Both the position numbers and the translations under genes were made by a program. From an uncultured Bacteroidales bacterium (GTDB lineage: Bacteria > Bacteroidota > Bacteroidia > Bacteroidales > UBA932): 64,000 nt of DNA. The first letter of the stretch is position 1, and the number at the start of each line of letters is the position of its first letter. Location: the NCBI GenBank assembly GCA_944323845.1, contig CALUUA010000002.1, forward strand, positions 18,444 through 82,443, read 5' to 3'. Below, one piece after another: positions 41,841-51,462 of the stretch. Below the pieces are notes generated by a model, which was not told the origin of the DNA, searched no databases, and worked only from the letters and a program-made list of their open reading frames with translations.

Positions 41841-43409
41841 ATGATAAAGAATATATTGCATATCATAAAGATTGCGGCTGTTTCCGCTCTCATTGCAGGA
41901 ACGGCTGTTTCCTGCCTTGAGAAATACCCGGGTTCTTCCATTCCGGAAAAGGATGCGATGAAGACATTTTCGGATGCCGAACAGCATAATCTGGGTATAT
42001 ATGCCAGTCTGAAAAGCAGCGCCCTTTACAGCGGGAGTCTGACTCTCCTGCCTGACATACAGGCGGATCTGGTCATGGCCACCCTCACGAACGCGAACCC
42101 GTATGACGGTATCTGGAACTGGGACATCAGGCCGACCAACGAAAATATCGAAGCCGTTTACGGCTCCCTCTACGCAGTCATCGGAAACTGCAACTTCTTC
42201 CTTGAGAAGGTCGGGGACGTGAAGGCGACGCTTACCGACGAGGATCAGCTGGACATGCTCGAACATTACACTGCGGAAGCCCATGCCATCCGCGCACTTT
42301 GCTACTCTGAACTGATCAAATGTTTCTGCGAGGCGTACCCTGCCAGCGGCAATGACGCCGATGACGAAGCTGCAAAGTCTCTCAAAGGCGTAGTTCTGCG
42401 TACGAAATATTCAGAACCGGAGCCTGTCCGCAGAGCAAGCCTTTATGATTCATACCAGCTGGTACTGGATGACCTGCAGAAGGCCGAAGAGCTTTTCGAT
42501 GACGGGGACGATGATCCGTCAGAGAGCGAACTTGACGAATACAACAGCTATTATATCACGCCTGCGGCAGTATATGCCATCCGCGCGAGGGTAGCCCTTT
42601 ATATGCGTGACTGGGATGACGCGATCAAATATTCGACCTACGTCATCAACAACAAGGCATATGAACTGTGTACGAACGTAGTGGATCCTACTACCGGATA
42701 TTCCGAAATCGACAGCATCTGGGGCTTTGACACCGGCAGCGAAATCATCTGGAGAATCGGCTTCACCCCGACTTCATACGGCGGAGCTCTCGGCACAGTC
42801 TTCCTCAACCTGACGAGAGACTTCACCTACACATATCCTGACTATGTCCCTGCCGAATGGGTTCTGGGACTGTACAGTCAGAGCGATTACCGCTATCTTG
42901 CATACTTCGCGACTCCATCCAACAATCCGGTAGGGTTCTCTTATGAAATTCCTGTACCGTTGCTGGTAAAATATTGGGGTAACCAGACATTCATAAGCGG
43001 ATACCAGCTCTATCATGTCTGCATGCCGAAGCCTCTCAGGTTAGCGGAGCAGTACCTGATACGCGCCGAAGCCAACTATTGGAACGGAGATACCGGCAAG
43101 GCAACCACCGACCTGACTACGCTCAGTCAGAGCAGGCTGGCAGGCTCGGTCACTGTAAGCAGCGGTGATGCCGGACTGGAAACCATCTCGAACGAAAGGG
43201 TGAAGGAACTCTATATGGAGGGCTTCCGCCTGAATGACCTGAAACGCTGGCACAAAGGGTTCGAAAGAACTCCGAACAGCTATTCCCAGGTAGAAGGATA
43301 CGATCTGGAAGTCTCTGCCGACGACCCTCTTTTCGTATGGCCAATCCCGCAGCACGAAATCGAGGCCCCGGGCTCTGACATAGAAGGAAATGACAGCAAC
43401 AACAGGTAA
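41841..43409 (+). CDS. susD: SusD/RagB-family lipoprotein
   Basis: Lipobox AVSC; YAVIGNCN, EAHAIRALCY, AIRARVALY, LRLAEQYLIRAEA, ERVKELYMEGFRLNDLKRW, WPIPQHEI. Confidence 0.93.
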   Translation: MIKNILHIIKIAAVSALIAGTAVSCLEKYPGSSIPEKDAMKTFSDAEQHNLGIYASLKSSALYSGSLTLLPDIQADLVMATLTNANPYDGIWNWDIRPTNENIEAVYGSLYAVIGNCNFFLEKVGDVKATLTDEDQLDMLEHYTAEAHAIRALCYSELIKCFCEAYPASGNDADDEAAKSLKGVVLRTKYSEPEPVRRASLYDSYQLVLDDLQKAEELFDDGDDDPSESELDEYNSYYITPAAVYAIRARVALYMRDWDDAIKYSTYVINNKAYELCTNVVDPTTGYSEIDSIWGFDTGSEIIWRIGFTPTSYGGALGTVFLNLTRDFTYTYPDYVPAEWVLGLYSQSDYRYLAYFATPSNNPVGFSYEIPVPLLVKYWGNQTFISGYQLYHVCMPKPLRLAEQYLIRAEANYWNGDTGKATTDLTTLSQSRLAGSVTVSSGDAGLETISNERVKELYMEGFRLNDLKRWHKGFERTPNSYSQVEGYDLEVSADDPLFVWPIPQHEIEAPGSDIEGNDSNNR

Positions 43410-43421
43410 ACATCACAGGCT

Positions 43422-44348
43422 ATGAGAAGAACAATATTACTTTCAGCAATACTTCTTGGAGCTATATTTACCGCCTGCCAGGAAGAGAACATAAAGACCT
43501 TCGACAAGGAATACATCATGTTCGAGGATACCCTCAATGTGGTGCCTGTCCTTGACGAGGAAGACTATACTATAAAGATTCCCGTAATATCCTCCGTCAA
43601 GTGCGACTATGAACGGACCATTGCCGTAGAGGTCCTCGACATCCCCGGCACCATGGACAGCGTGGCTGTGGAAGGACGGGACTATACGATCGAATCCAAT
43701 ACTATCAGAATCCCTGCCGGGAAATACAGGACCGACATCGTCATCAGACCGAACTATGAGATGTTCGGAGACAATGACACCCTGTCCTTCGAGCTCAAAC
43801 TCGTAATGCCTGAACAACTCTGCTGGGACATGTACGGAGACCGCACCAGAGTGTCGATGTATAAGGTATGTCCGTTCGACATCAACTCTTTCAAGGGCTG
43901 GTGCGTGGTCACATCCATGTTCCTCTACAGCTATCCGGGTGTGGATGACTCGAATGCTTCATACCAGAGGCTCATCAAGACATCTCTGGATCCGGCAAAT
44001 GAAAACACCGTCATTCTGCACGACTGGCTGTTCGACGGATACGACGTGAAAATAGAACTCGACCCTTCGGATCCTGAAAATCCGACGGTGACCATGCCGG
44101 AAGACCAGCTTATAAGCGACGAAGAGTCTGTCTTCGGCCAGATGAACGGAGACAACAGGATACTCGGCATGTCGAGTCCGGCATATGTATCCTATTACAA
44201 CAATTGCCAGAAATTCGTATCCCTCTGGATGAGGGCCTATGTCTATGATATCAAGACTCTGGTCGGCTATGTAGGCGATTTCTATAATGTCATGGAATGG
44301 GTATCCGACGAGGAGGCCGAAAGGCTCCAGAGCGAAAACGGCTGGTAA
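43422..44348 (+). CDS. Surface lipoprotein (DUF4984-like), third gene of the SusCD operon
   Basis: Lipobox FTAC-QEE; beta-rich; domain name from recalled synteny only. Confidence 0.7.
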   Translation: MRRTILLSAILLGAIFTACQEENIKTFDKEYIMFEDTLNVVPVLDEEDYTIKIPVISSVKCDYERTIAVEVLDIPGTMDSVAVEGRDYTIESNTIRIPAGKYRTDIVIRPNYEMFGDNDTLSFELKLVMPEQLCWDMYGDRTRVSMYKVCPFDINSFKGWCVVTSMFLYSYPGVDDSNASYQRLIKTSLDPANENTVILHDWLFDGYDVKIELDPSDPENPTVTMPEDQLISDEESVFGQMNGDNRILGMSSPAYVSYYNNCQKFVSLWMRAYVYDIKTLVGYVGDFYNVMEWVSDEEAERLQSENGW

Positions 44349-44375
44349 GATTCATCCCGCTAAAAAGTTAATGCA

Positions 44376-46823
44376 ATGAAAAAGATATTTACACGACTTC
44401 TGCCGGGAATAGTGCTTTCAGCAGCGTTGTTCGCGGCTTGTGAGAAAGAGGAAAAGGAACCGGATGCAGCTCCGAGCTTCCCGGACAGCCTTACTGAAGA
44501 CGTGCTTCTGTATCCGGAAGCCGAGGCTTCAGTTTCAGATGAAGACAATATGGAATCTGAATACGACATAGTATTCACTCCGAACAATAACTGGACGATT
44601 TCCCTGTCCTCCGGCGCATCGAGATATTTCGAACTCAGGTACGGAGCCACTGAAGCGCAGTCGGTACGCGGCCCGGCTTCGGACAGTCCGCAGACTGTAA
44701 CCGTAGTATGTATCGCCGCAGACAGAGATCTGGAAGAAGCCCACAAGGCGGATATATCCATGACAATGGGCGGTAAAACGAGGGAACTGGGCACAGTCAT
44801 GATGCCGGCCAAGGAAATCAGTTTCAAGGCATACGCCGTATCAATAAAGACCGACGGCGAATCCCAGACATTCGAAGAGGCGGAGAGCGGCAGCGGGCTT
44901 ACATACAAGTATTCATCGGAACCGGCAGATGAAAATACGGTTCTGACCATGATCTGGAACAATGTCACAGCTGTCTACGAAAGCTATCTGCTGATAGACA
45001 GCAATACCGGCTTCAGGCAGGATCTCGAAAATTCCGGATCAGAGCTCGAACTGCTCAACTATACTGAAAACGGCAACCTTACCGAACTCCGGATTTCATG
45101 CCGGACGACATCGCTCAATGAGAGGAAAAGCGGATTCGTACTTTTGGTGGAAGAAAACGGCGAAAAAGTGCCATATCCTTTCACGGTAAAAATTCCTGCT
45201 TTCGAAGCCGACTTCTTCGTATATCCGGTGGAGAAGGAAGAAAACGGCGACTATGTCATCAGCGATGACGAGACTTTCACCATGTCCTACAGTACCGATT
45301 TCTTCATGCCGGGGGATAATATCCAGCTGGAATATGTGTCGGAAAACATGCAGTTCGAGACATATATACTCGTCGAGGGAAATTATGACTATGTGGATAT
45401 CTCCCAGTCTGACGAGGACGGCGGCAAGCCTGCGATTCTGGACGGTCTCGTTCCTGAATGGCTCAGCGTGAAGGCTCTCGGATCAGAGGGGAACAAGAAG
45501 GAATTCTGCCTGTCAGTAATTCCTGAAAACATGCTTCTCGACGGAGCTGAAGAAACACTCGTGTTCCAGGATGGCACCAGCCCTGAGATATCGAACAGAT
45601 ACAACATAGTGCTCCCGGGATGCCGCGATTTCTTCGAAATCATATCGAACGAAGAGACAGCCACATTCGACTATCAGGGCAAGTACTACAATACGATGCA
45701 GGGGCAATACCTTGAAGGCGGAGCAAACATCGCAGTCACCAGCGCAAACGACCTTAAGGTCTATGCATTTTCTGTAGACGAGAACGGGAACTATGTCGCG
45801 AATCCCGACTGGCTCCATGCCTCGTGGACATGGGATAATGCCAATCTCGGCAAACTGCAGCAGAATCCTGTAAACATCACCGCAGACGAAAACGAAGGCG
45901 GAATCAGGGAAGGCCTGGTAATGGCTCTTCCGGCCACTCTTGCAGGAGAGATTTCGGGAGCGTCCGACCTCGTGTCAGGTGATGCTGTCAAGCCTGAATA
46001 TGAGGCATATGTAGTTACCCTCGTAATGCAGAATGCTAATCCTTCTGCCCCGGGCATTGTAATCAATAACGAATCTGCATGGAATAGCGAAAGCGGGCTT
46101 GGCGCAAGTTTCGGTCTTCTGGTTGATGATGAGATGGCTGGAATGGCAGAGTACGCTTATCTCGTGACATACACTTGGAACGGCTGGGCAGACGGTACAG
46201 TAAGCAGTTTCGGACAGGATCTTACTCTGAATGTAAATCTTGATTTTGTGCCTGAGAAGACCGTGATATATGAAGTAGTGGACGGGACACCGTCTCCTGT
46301 GGAAAATCCTTCAAAATACTGGATCGGATTTACGCAGTCGAGAACCGGCGAGACTTATTATATATCCATGACACCTAAATCGCTGGAGGACGTGAAAGCC
46401 ACTACACTGTATTTCGCTCTTCTCAGTGAAACGGACGAGATTGTGGCTGTCATAAAGTTCGTCTATGATTTGGGTTCAGCTCTTGACTTGAAGCTGGTGG
46501 AATCCGGAGACTTCACCTTGAGGGCAGCTGCTGAAGATGACAAGATTCCTGAAGGTCAGAACAGGTCGATCTGCTGGATTCTTGAATATACCGGAGAGGC
46601 TGACAGCGCTACTGCAGTGATATCAGGAATAGAGGAAGAAATCAATGAATGGATTAACACTTCTCCAACTGTCGACGTCAAAGATTTGGGCAATGGCAGC
46701 ATTCAAGTGTCTCTTGACATGTCGGAACCATGGGAAGAGAACGGTTTCGCCCAGTTGATGGACAAGCAAGGACAGTATTTCCTGTATCTCATAATTAAGG
46801 CACCATCTGCATCCCAGGAATAA
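44376..46823 (+). CDS. Large acidic multi-domain surface lipoprotein (DUF5003/BACON-like)
   Basis: Lipobox FAAC-EKEEKE; BACON-like W motifs (NNNWTISL, PEWLSV, PDWLHA); very D/E-rich. Confidence 0.7.
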   Translation: MKKIFTRLLPGIVLSAALFAACEKEEKEPDAAPSFPDSLTEDVLLYPEAEASVSDEDNMESEYDIVFTPNNNWTISLSSGASRYFELRYGATEAQSVRGPASDSPQTVTVVCIAADRDLEEAHKADISMTMGGKTRELGTVMMPAKEISFKAYAVSIKTDGESQTFEEAESGSGLTYKYSSEPADENTVLTMIWNNVTAVYESYLLIDSNTGFRQDLENSGSELELLNYTENGNLTELRISCRTTSLNERKSGFVLLVEENGEKVPYPFTVKIPAFEADFFVYPVEKEENGDYVISDDETFTMSYSTDFFMPGDNIQLEYVSENMQFETYILVEGNYDYVDISQSDEDGGKPAILDGLVPEWLSVKALGSEGNKKEFCLSVIPENMLLDGAEETLVFQDGTSPEISNRYNIVLPGCRDFFEIISNEETATFDYQGKYYNTMQGQYLEGGANIAVTSANDLKVYAFSVDENGNYVANPDWLHASWTWDNANLGKLQQNPVNITADENEGGIREGLVMALPATLAGEISGASDLVSGDAVKPEYEAYVVTLVMQNANPSAPGIVINNESAWNSESGLGASFGLLVDDEMAGMAEYAYLVTYTWNGWADGTVSSFGQDLTLNVNLDFVPEKTVIYEVVDGTPSPVENPSKYWIGFTQSRTGETYYISMTPKSLEDVKATTLYFALLSETDEIVAVIKFVYDLGSALDLKLVESGDFTLRAAAEDDKIPEGQNRSICWILEYTGEADSATAVISGIEEEINEWINTSPTVDVKDLGNGSIQVSLDMSEPWEENGFAQLMDKQGQYFLYLIIKAPSASQE

Positions 46824-46855
46824 TCAAATAAAAGGCATATCAAGAAATTACGAAT

Positions 46856-49567
46856 ATGAAACATAATTATAAACGGATATTGACAGCCGCTCTGGCTGTA
46901 TTCGCCGCACTGATGTCAGGATGCGTCCAGGAGGAGCTGCCGGACAACAGGGAGACGAGCTACGGCTATGTCCAGTTCAAGCTCTATAAGGAAGCTGCTT
47001 ACGGAACGATATCCAAGGCCGTGGAAGAATTGCCATCCATGTCTGCGGTGTCCAAGGTACAGGTAGAGCTTCAAAGAGGAGCCCAGACCATATCGCAGAC
47101 CCTGACGCTGACTGCATCTGACAACAATGCCGCTGAGTTCGGGCTGCGGAGCAGCAAGCTGCGCCTGCTGTCAGGCACATACAAAGTAACAGGCTTCACC
47201 CTGTTTGATGCAATGGACAAAGAGCTTTACCTCGGAGAGACTCCGGGCAAGGCTCTGGAAATCACTCCTGGCGGTATGACCATATACGACCTGACCGCCA
47301 AGGCTGCAGGCAGAGGCTCGGTAATCTTCACATTCGTCAAGGATACATCAGGCTTCACCACTAAAACATCCACCAAATCCACCGGCGAAATAAAACGCCA
47401 GTACACACTGGATGAAATAGCTACGGTTTCCCTCGAACTTCGTGACGAAAACAACCCTTCGGCACAGGCCATAAAGGTAGAGGATATGTCCGTAGATTTC
47501 ATAGAAGACTTTTCCGGAGAACAGCACTATGACGGAAATGACGGTGTAGTGGGACACCAGACATCATATCTGGAATGCGACAGCCTGATTTTCCTGCCTG
47601 CCGGAGAATACAAGATCTGGCAGTACACCGTACTCGATGAAGAAGACAATCTGCTGGAAACCAAGCGGTATGACACCAACGAACTGGCTTCGGCAGAATC
47701 TTTCGTCATCGAGGACAACAGGACTGCCGAAGTGGATGTGCCTATCACTCTCTACGAAGAGGACAGATACATTCAGGAATATTACAAACTGAAAGAGCTC
47801 TGGCTCGCTCTGGGCGGCCCGAACTGGTCATACACCGGAGAATCATGGCCAGCCGGCAGCAACTGGGACTTCGACAAGGATATCGACCTCTGGGGCGACC
47901 AGCCGGGAGTCAAGATACATCCGAACGGACGTATTGCCAGCATAGACTTCAGCGGTTTCGGCATCACAGGCGAATGCCCGGCAGCGATAGGTGAATTCAC
48001 CCAGCTTATACAGCTGTACTTCGGAAACCACAATGAAGCGAACAACCACTACGGCCGGAACAGTGCGGCAGCAGCCGCCTATCCTATAAACGGCTCACAG
48101 GAAGAAAAAGCCCTTTGGAGGGAGAAAGTGAACAAGGCCTACCGTGACGAACTTCATCCGGCATACCAGATGTCTCCTGTATGCGCCCTTGCACTCAGGC
48201 TTAACGGACAGGAATCACCTGCAGCCTCTTCATATGCAAACCTGACGGACGACGAGCTTTCGCGTCTGTCGGCAGGCGGAATGAAACAGGCTGACTACAG
48301 TATCGAGCTCTACGACATGAACCCGGGAGTGCTTACTAACGGGCTTACGAAACTGCCTGACGAACTCGGCAACCTGCAGAAGCTTGAAACCTTGAGCATC
48401 GCAAACGCGCCTATTAAGGCCGACGGATTCCCGAGCGCCGCGGCCATGAGCCGACTCACCTCCGTGACTGACCTAGAAATCTATAACTGCCCGAATCTGG
48501 GAGAATTGCCTGCAGGAGTGGCAAGCATGCCTTCCGTGATATCATTCAACTTCTCGAACAACGGGTTCAGCGCAGAAAAGGCAAAATCGAGCCTTATCGC
48601 TCTGGCTACAGGAGCTTCCAAGGACAAGCTGCAAATTCTTTACTATCTTGAGAACGGGCTTACGGAACTGCCTGAAGAACTCGGGGAGCTGTCGGATTTG
48701 GGTATGCTCGACATAGCGCGCAACGAGATTGGAGGAAAGCTCCCGGCATTCGGAGACTCTTTCGCTCCGGAAGAAATCATTCTGGACAATAACAAGATAA
48801 AATCTATACCGGACGGATTCTGCTCCCTCGATTTCCTGGACAAGTTCTCTGCAAACAACAACGAACTGACGGAATTCCCGAACATCTTTTCTTCTAAGAA
48901 AAACATCATCATGACTTCCATCAGTGTGGCTCACAACAAAATAACACAGCTGCCGGAAGACTTCAACGGACTCCGGACCGTCACTCTGACCCTTTCGGGA
49001 AATCCTATAAAGACTTTCCCTAAGGAACTGGCAGCTACCGACTCTTATGTCGAACAGATCATCATGCAGCAGTGCGGAATGGAGGAATTCCCGGAAAAAT
49101 GCCTGAACGGCAAATACACCAGCAGCATCACGACTATAGACGTCCAGTTCAACAACCTGACTGACCTTCCTAAGGACTTCAACGCCGAGGCCATGCCTTA
49201 CCTGTATGGAGTGGATCTGTCGAGCAATTCGTTCTCCAAGTTCCCTTTCGAACCGCTGAACGCATCCAGCCTGACTGCCTATTCCATCCGCGGACAGCGC
49301 GACAAATCAACAGGCGCGAGATCTCTGCGGGAATGGCCTACAGGTCTTTGGCAGCACACCGGACTGAGGGGCTTCTACATCGGAGCGAACGACCTGCGTG
49401 TCATCTCCGATGATATCTCTACCATGATATTCTATCTGGATATCAGCGACAACCCTAACATCGTTTTCGATGCATCCGACATCTGCGCCGCATGGAAGGC
49501 AGGAACCTATTTTCTCTACTATGACCGGACACAGAATATCCAGAACTGCGATGCCATGAAGGAATAA
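46856..49567 (+). CDS. Leucine-rich-repeat lipoprotein with N-terminal beta-sandwich (DUF4458-like) domains
   Basis: Lipobox MSGC-VQEE; LRRs LPDELGNLQKLETLSIAN, LPEELGELSDLGMLDIARNEIGGKLP, LDKFSANNNELTEFP, LYGVDLSSNSFSKFP. Confidence 0.88.
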   Translation: MKHNYKRILTAALAVFAALMSGCVQEELPDNRETSYGYVQFKLYKEAAYGTISKAVEELPSMSAVSKVQVELQRGAQTISQTLTLTASDNNAAEFGLRSSKLRLLSGTYKVTGFTLFDAMDKELYLGETPGKALEITPGGMTIYDLTAKAAGRGSVIFTFVKDTSGFTTKTSTKSTGEIKRQYTLDEIATVSLELRDENNPSAQAIKVEDMSVDFIEDFSGEQHYDGNDGVVGHQTSYLECDSLIFLPAGEYKIWQYTVLDEEDNLLETKRYDTNELASAESFVIEDNRTAEVDVPITLYEEDRYIQEYYKLKELWLALGGPNWSYTGESWPAGSNWDFDKDIDLWGDQPGVKIHPNGRIASIDFSGFGITGECPAAIGEFTQLIQLYFGNHNEANNHYGRNSAAAAAYPINGSQEEKALWREKVNKAYRDELHPAYQMSPVCALALRLNGQESPAASSYANLTDDELSRLSAGGMKQADYSIELYDMNPGVLTNGLTKLPDELGNLQKLETLSIANAPIKADGFPSAAAMSRLTSVTDLEIYNCPNLGELPAGVASMPSVISFNFSNNGFSAEKAKSSLIALATGASKDKLQILYYLENGLTELPEELGELSDLGMLDIARNEIGGKLPAFGDSFAPEEIILDNNKIKSIPDGFCSLDFLDKFSANNNELTEFPNIFSSKKNIIMTSISVAHNKITQLPEDFNGLRTVTLTLSGNPIKTFPKELAATDSYVEQIIMQQCGMEEFPEKCLNGKYTSSITTIDVQFNNLTDLPKDFNAEAMPYLYGVDLSSNSFSKFPFEPLNASSLTAYSIRGQRDKSTGARSLREWPTGLWQHTGLRGFYIGANDLRVISDDISTMIFYLDISDNPNIVFDASDICAAWKAGTYFLYYDRTQNIQNCDAMKE

Positions 49568-49581
49568 AAGGAGGAAAAGAC

Positions 49582-51447
49582 ATGAAAATATACAGATATA
49601 TCACAGTCATTGCCATGGCGGCAGCTCTGGCAATCTCATGCCAGCCTGAAGAACAGGTAGAGTTCGCGATTGAAGGCGATCTTCTGGAAGTAGGCGCTGA
49701 CGGAGGCACGGTAAACCTGAAAGTCAATTCACCGGGAGCATGGACCGCAATAGTAAACGAGCCGTGGATAACGGTATCCCCTACTAACGGACACGGTTCG
49801 CAGATATGCCAGGTCATCATCGACTCATCCCTTTATTATCTGAATGAAGAAGCTGTCCGTGAGGGCGTAATATCCATTCAGGATGATATGAGCTATGAGA
49901 CAAAGGATATCACTATCCGTCAGGAAAACTACAAATACCAGATCACTCTGGCCAAGTCTGAAATCGACATCCCTGAATATGACGTACTCTCTAACCGCTG
50001 GTTCGATGTGAACGTAAAGTCAAACATCGACTTCAAGATCAGCTTCAAGGACAAGGACGACAACGACATAAACTGGATCGAGCCTGACGAGGAGAATCCG
50101 GAACTGGAGCTAAACAAGGGTGCGCGTCCGCGCAATGTCAAACTCCGCTTCGAATGGAAAATCAACCAGCAGGACAGCGACAGACTCGGAAAGATAGTCT
50201 TTACGCCGCAAGATGCCAATCAGGAACCGATCACGGTGAATCTCGACAGAATAGACACTGTCAAGGTAAGCCAGACCGCAGCGGAGACAATAGAGCCGAA
50301 TACCAGACACGGAGACTCTACGGCCATAGTAGCCATTTCCCGCGCCCTGAACGAATGGTCAGGCGGATGGGACACTTCCACTCCTATGAACACATGGTCG
50401 GATGTAGTCCTCTGGGAAGAAGGCGATGACACCGAACCTGAAAATATCGGAAGAGTCCGCTACGTGCGCTTCTTCATGTTCAACACTGAAGACGGCCTGC
50501 CATATCAGGTAAAATACCTGACAGCCGCAGAAGAAGTGGTATTCTATTCGAACGAGAACAATACGAGGCGTAAAGGCATTGTCCTCGGCGAGGACATCTG
50601 CGAGCTTGACCAGCTGAAAAGGCTGACCATCGCGGCCTACGGTCTGGACGACGAGTCCCTGTCGGAAAGGTTCTTCACGAAAGAGAACAACTCACCGGCC
50701 TTCCCTAATCTGGAATATCTGAATCTTTCCAGCAACAACTTCATGGCAATACCGGAAGGTATATGCGAGAAGAATTTCCCGAAACTCCACGCCTTGTTGA
50801 TGAACAACAACCAGAGGATGCTCGTCACCGATGCATCGAATGCAGCCGTCAATGACGACAAGGAGTTTGCCGAGAAATACGCAGGACTTTTCAACGAATA
50901 CATCAACCCTGAAAACGAGGCAGCAGGAGGAAGTTTCCCTGTCAGGTTCCTCTCTTGGGATAATCTGGATACTCTCCAGTTCACCCTCAACTATTTCCAA
51001 GGCTCCCTACCGTCCGACGATTATCTGAAGAGCAAGGGTTTCGAGAACTGGACAGATGACGACAAGATAACGGATGATGAAGGCAAGGTCATTCTGAGCG
51101 TGGCCGACTCCCTGAAGAACGGCGACACCGACTTCTTCTCGACACATCAGATACCGAGAGTCCTCCCTCGCATCAAGAGCCTGTCCATAAACCTGAACAG
51201 AATGTCAGGAGAAGTCCCGAACTGGATTCTCCGTCATCCGAATCTGGACATCTGGGATCCGTTCGTCTTCATATTCACGCAGGAAGGTCGGGATCGTAAT
51301 GGCAATGCCGCAGGATTCTCGAATGCCCCGAAGAATCTCAACGACTATTACGAGGTATTCGGAAACAAGAAATATGACCCTGACAATATGGTAGATGACG
51401 ATGAAGCCGATGATTCGTCAGAAGCAGGAACAGGTTCTACAAGATAA
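49582..51447 (+). CDS. BACON + leucine-rich-repeat lipoprotein
   Basis: Lipobox AISC-QPEE; BACON (GAWTAIVNEPWITVSP); LRRs LEYLNLSSNNFMAIP, LDTLQFTLNYFQGSLP, IKSLSINLNRMSGEVP. Confidence 0.85.
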   Translation: MKIYRYITVIAMAAALAISCQPEEQVEFAIEGDLLEVGADGGTVNLKVNSPGAWTAIVNEPWITVSPTNGHGSQICQVIIDSSLYYLNEEAVREGVISIQDDMSYETKDITIRQENYKYQITLAKSEIDIPEYDVLSNRWFDVNVKSNIDFKISFKDKDDNDINWIEPDEENPELELNKGARPRNVKLRFEWKINQQDSDRLGKIVFTPQDANQEPITVNLDRIDTVKVSQTAAETIEPNTRHGDSTAIVAISRALNEWSGGWDTSTPMNTWSDVVLWEEGDDTEPENIGRVRYVRFFMFNTEDGLPYQVKYLTAAEEVVFYSNENNTRRKGIVLGEDICELDQLKRLTIAAYGLDDESLSERFFTKENNSPAFPNLEYLNLSSNNFMAIPEGICEKNFPKLHALLMNNNQRMLVTDASNAAVNDDKEFAEKYAGLFNEYINPENEAAGGSFPVRFLSWDNLDTLQFTLNYFQGSLPSDDYLKSKGFENWTDDDKITDDEGKVILSVADSLKNGDTDFFSTHQIPRVLPRIKSLSINLNRMSGEVPNWILRHPNLDIWDPFVFIFTQEGRDRNGNAAGFSNAPKNLNDYYEVFGNKKYDPDNMVDDDEADDSSEAGTGSTR

Positions 51448-51462
51448 AAGGAGAGAGAAGAC

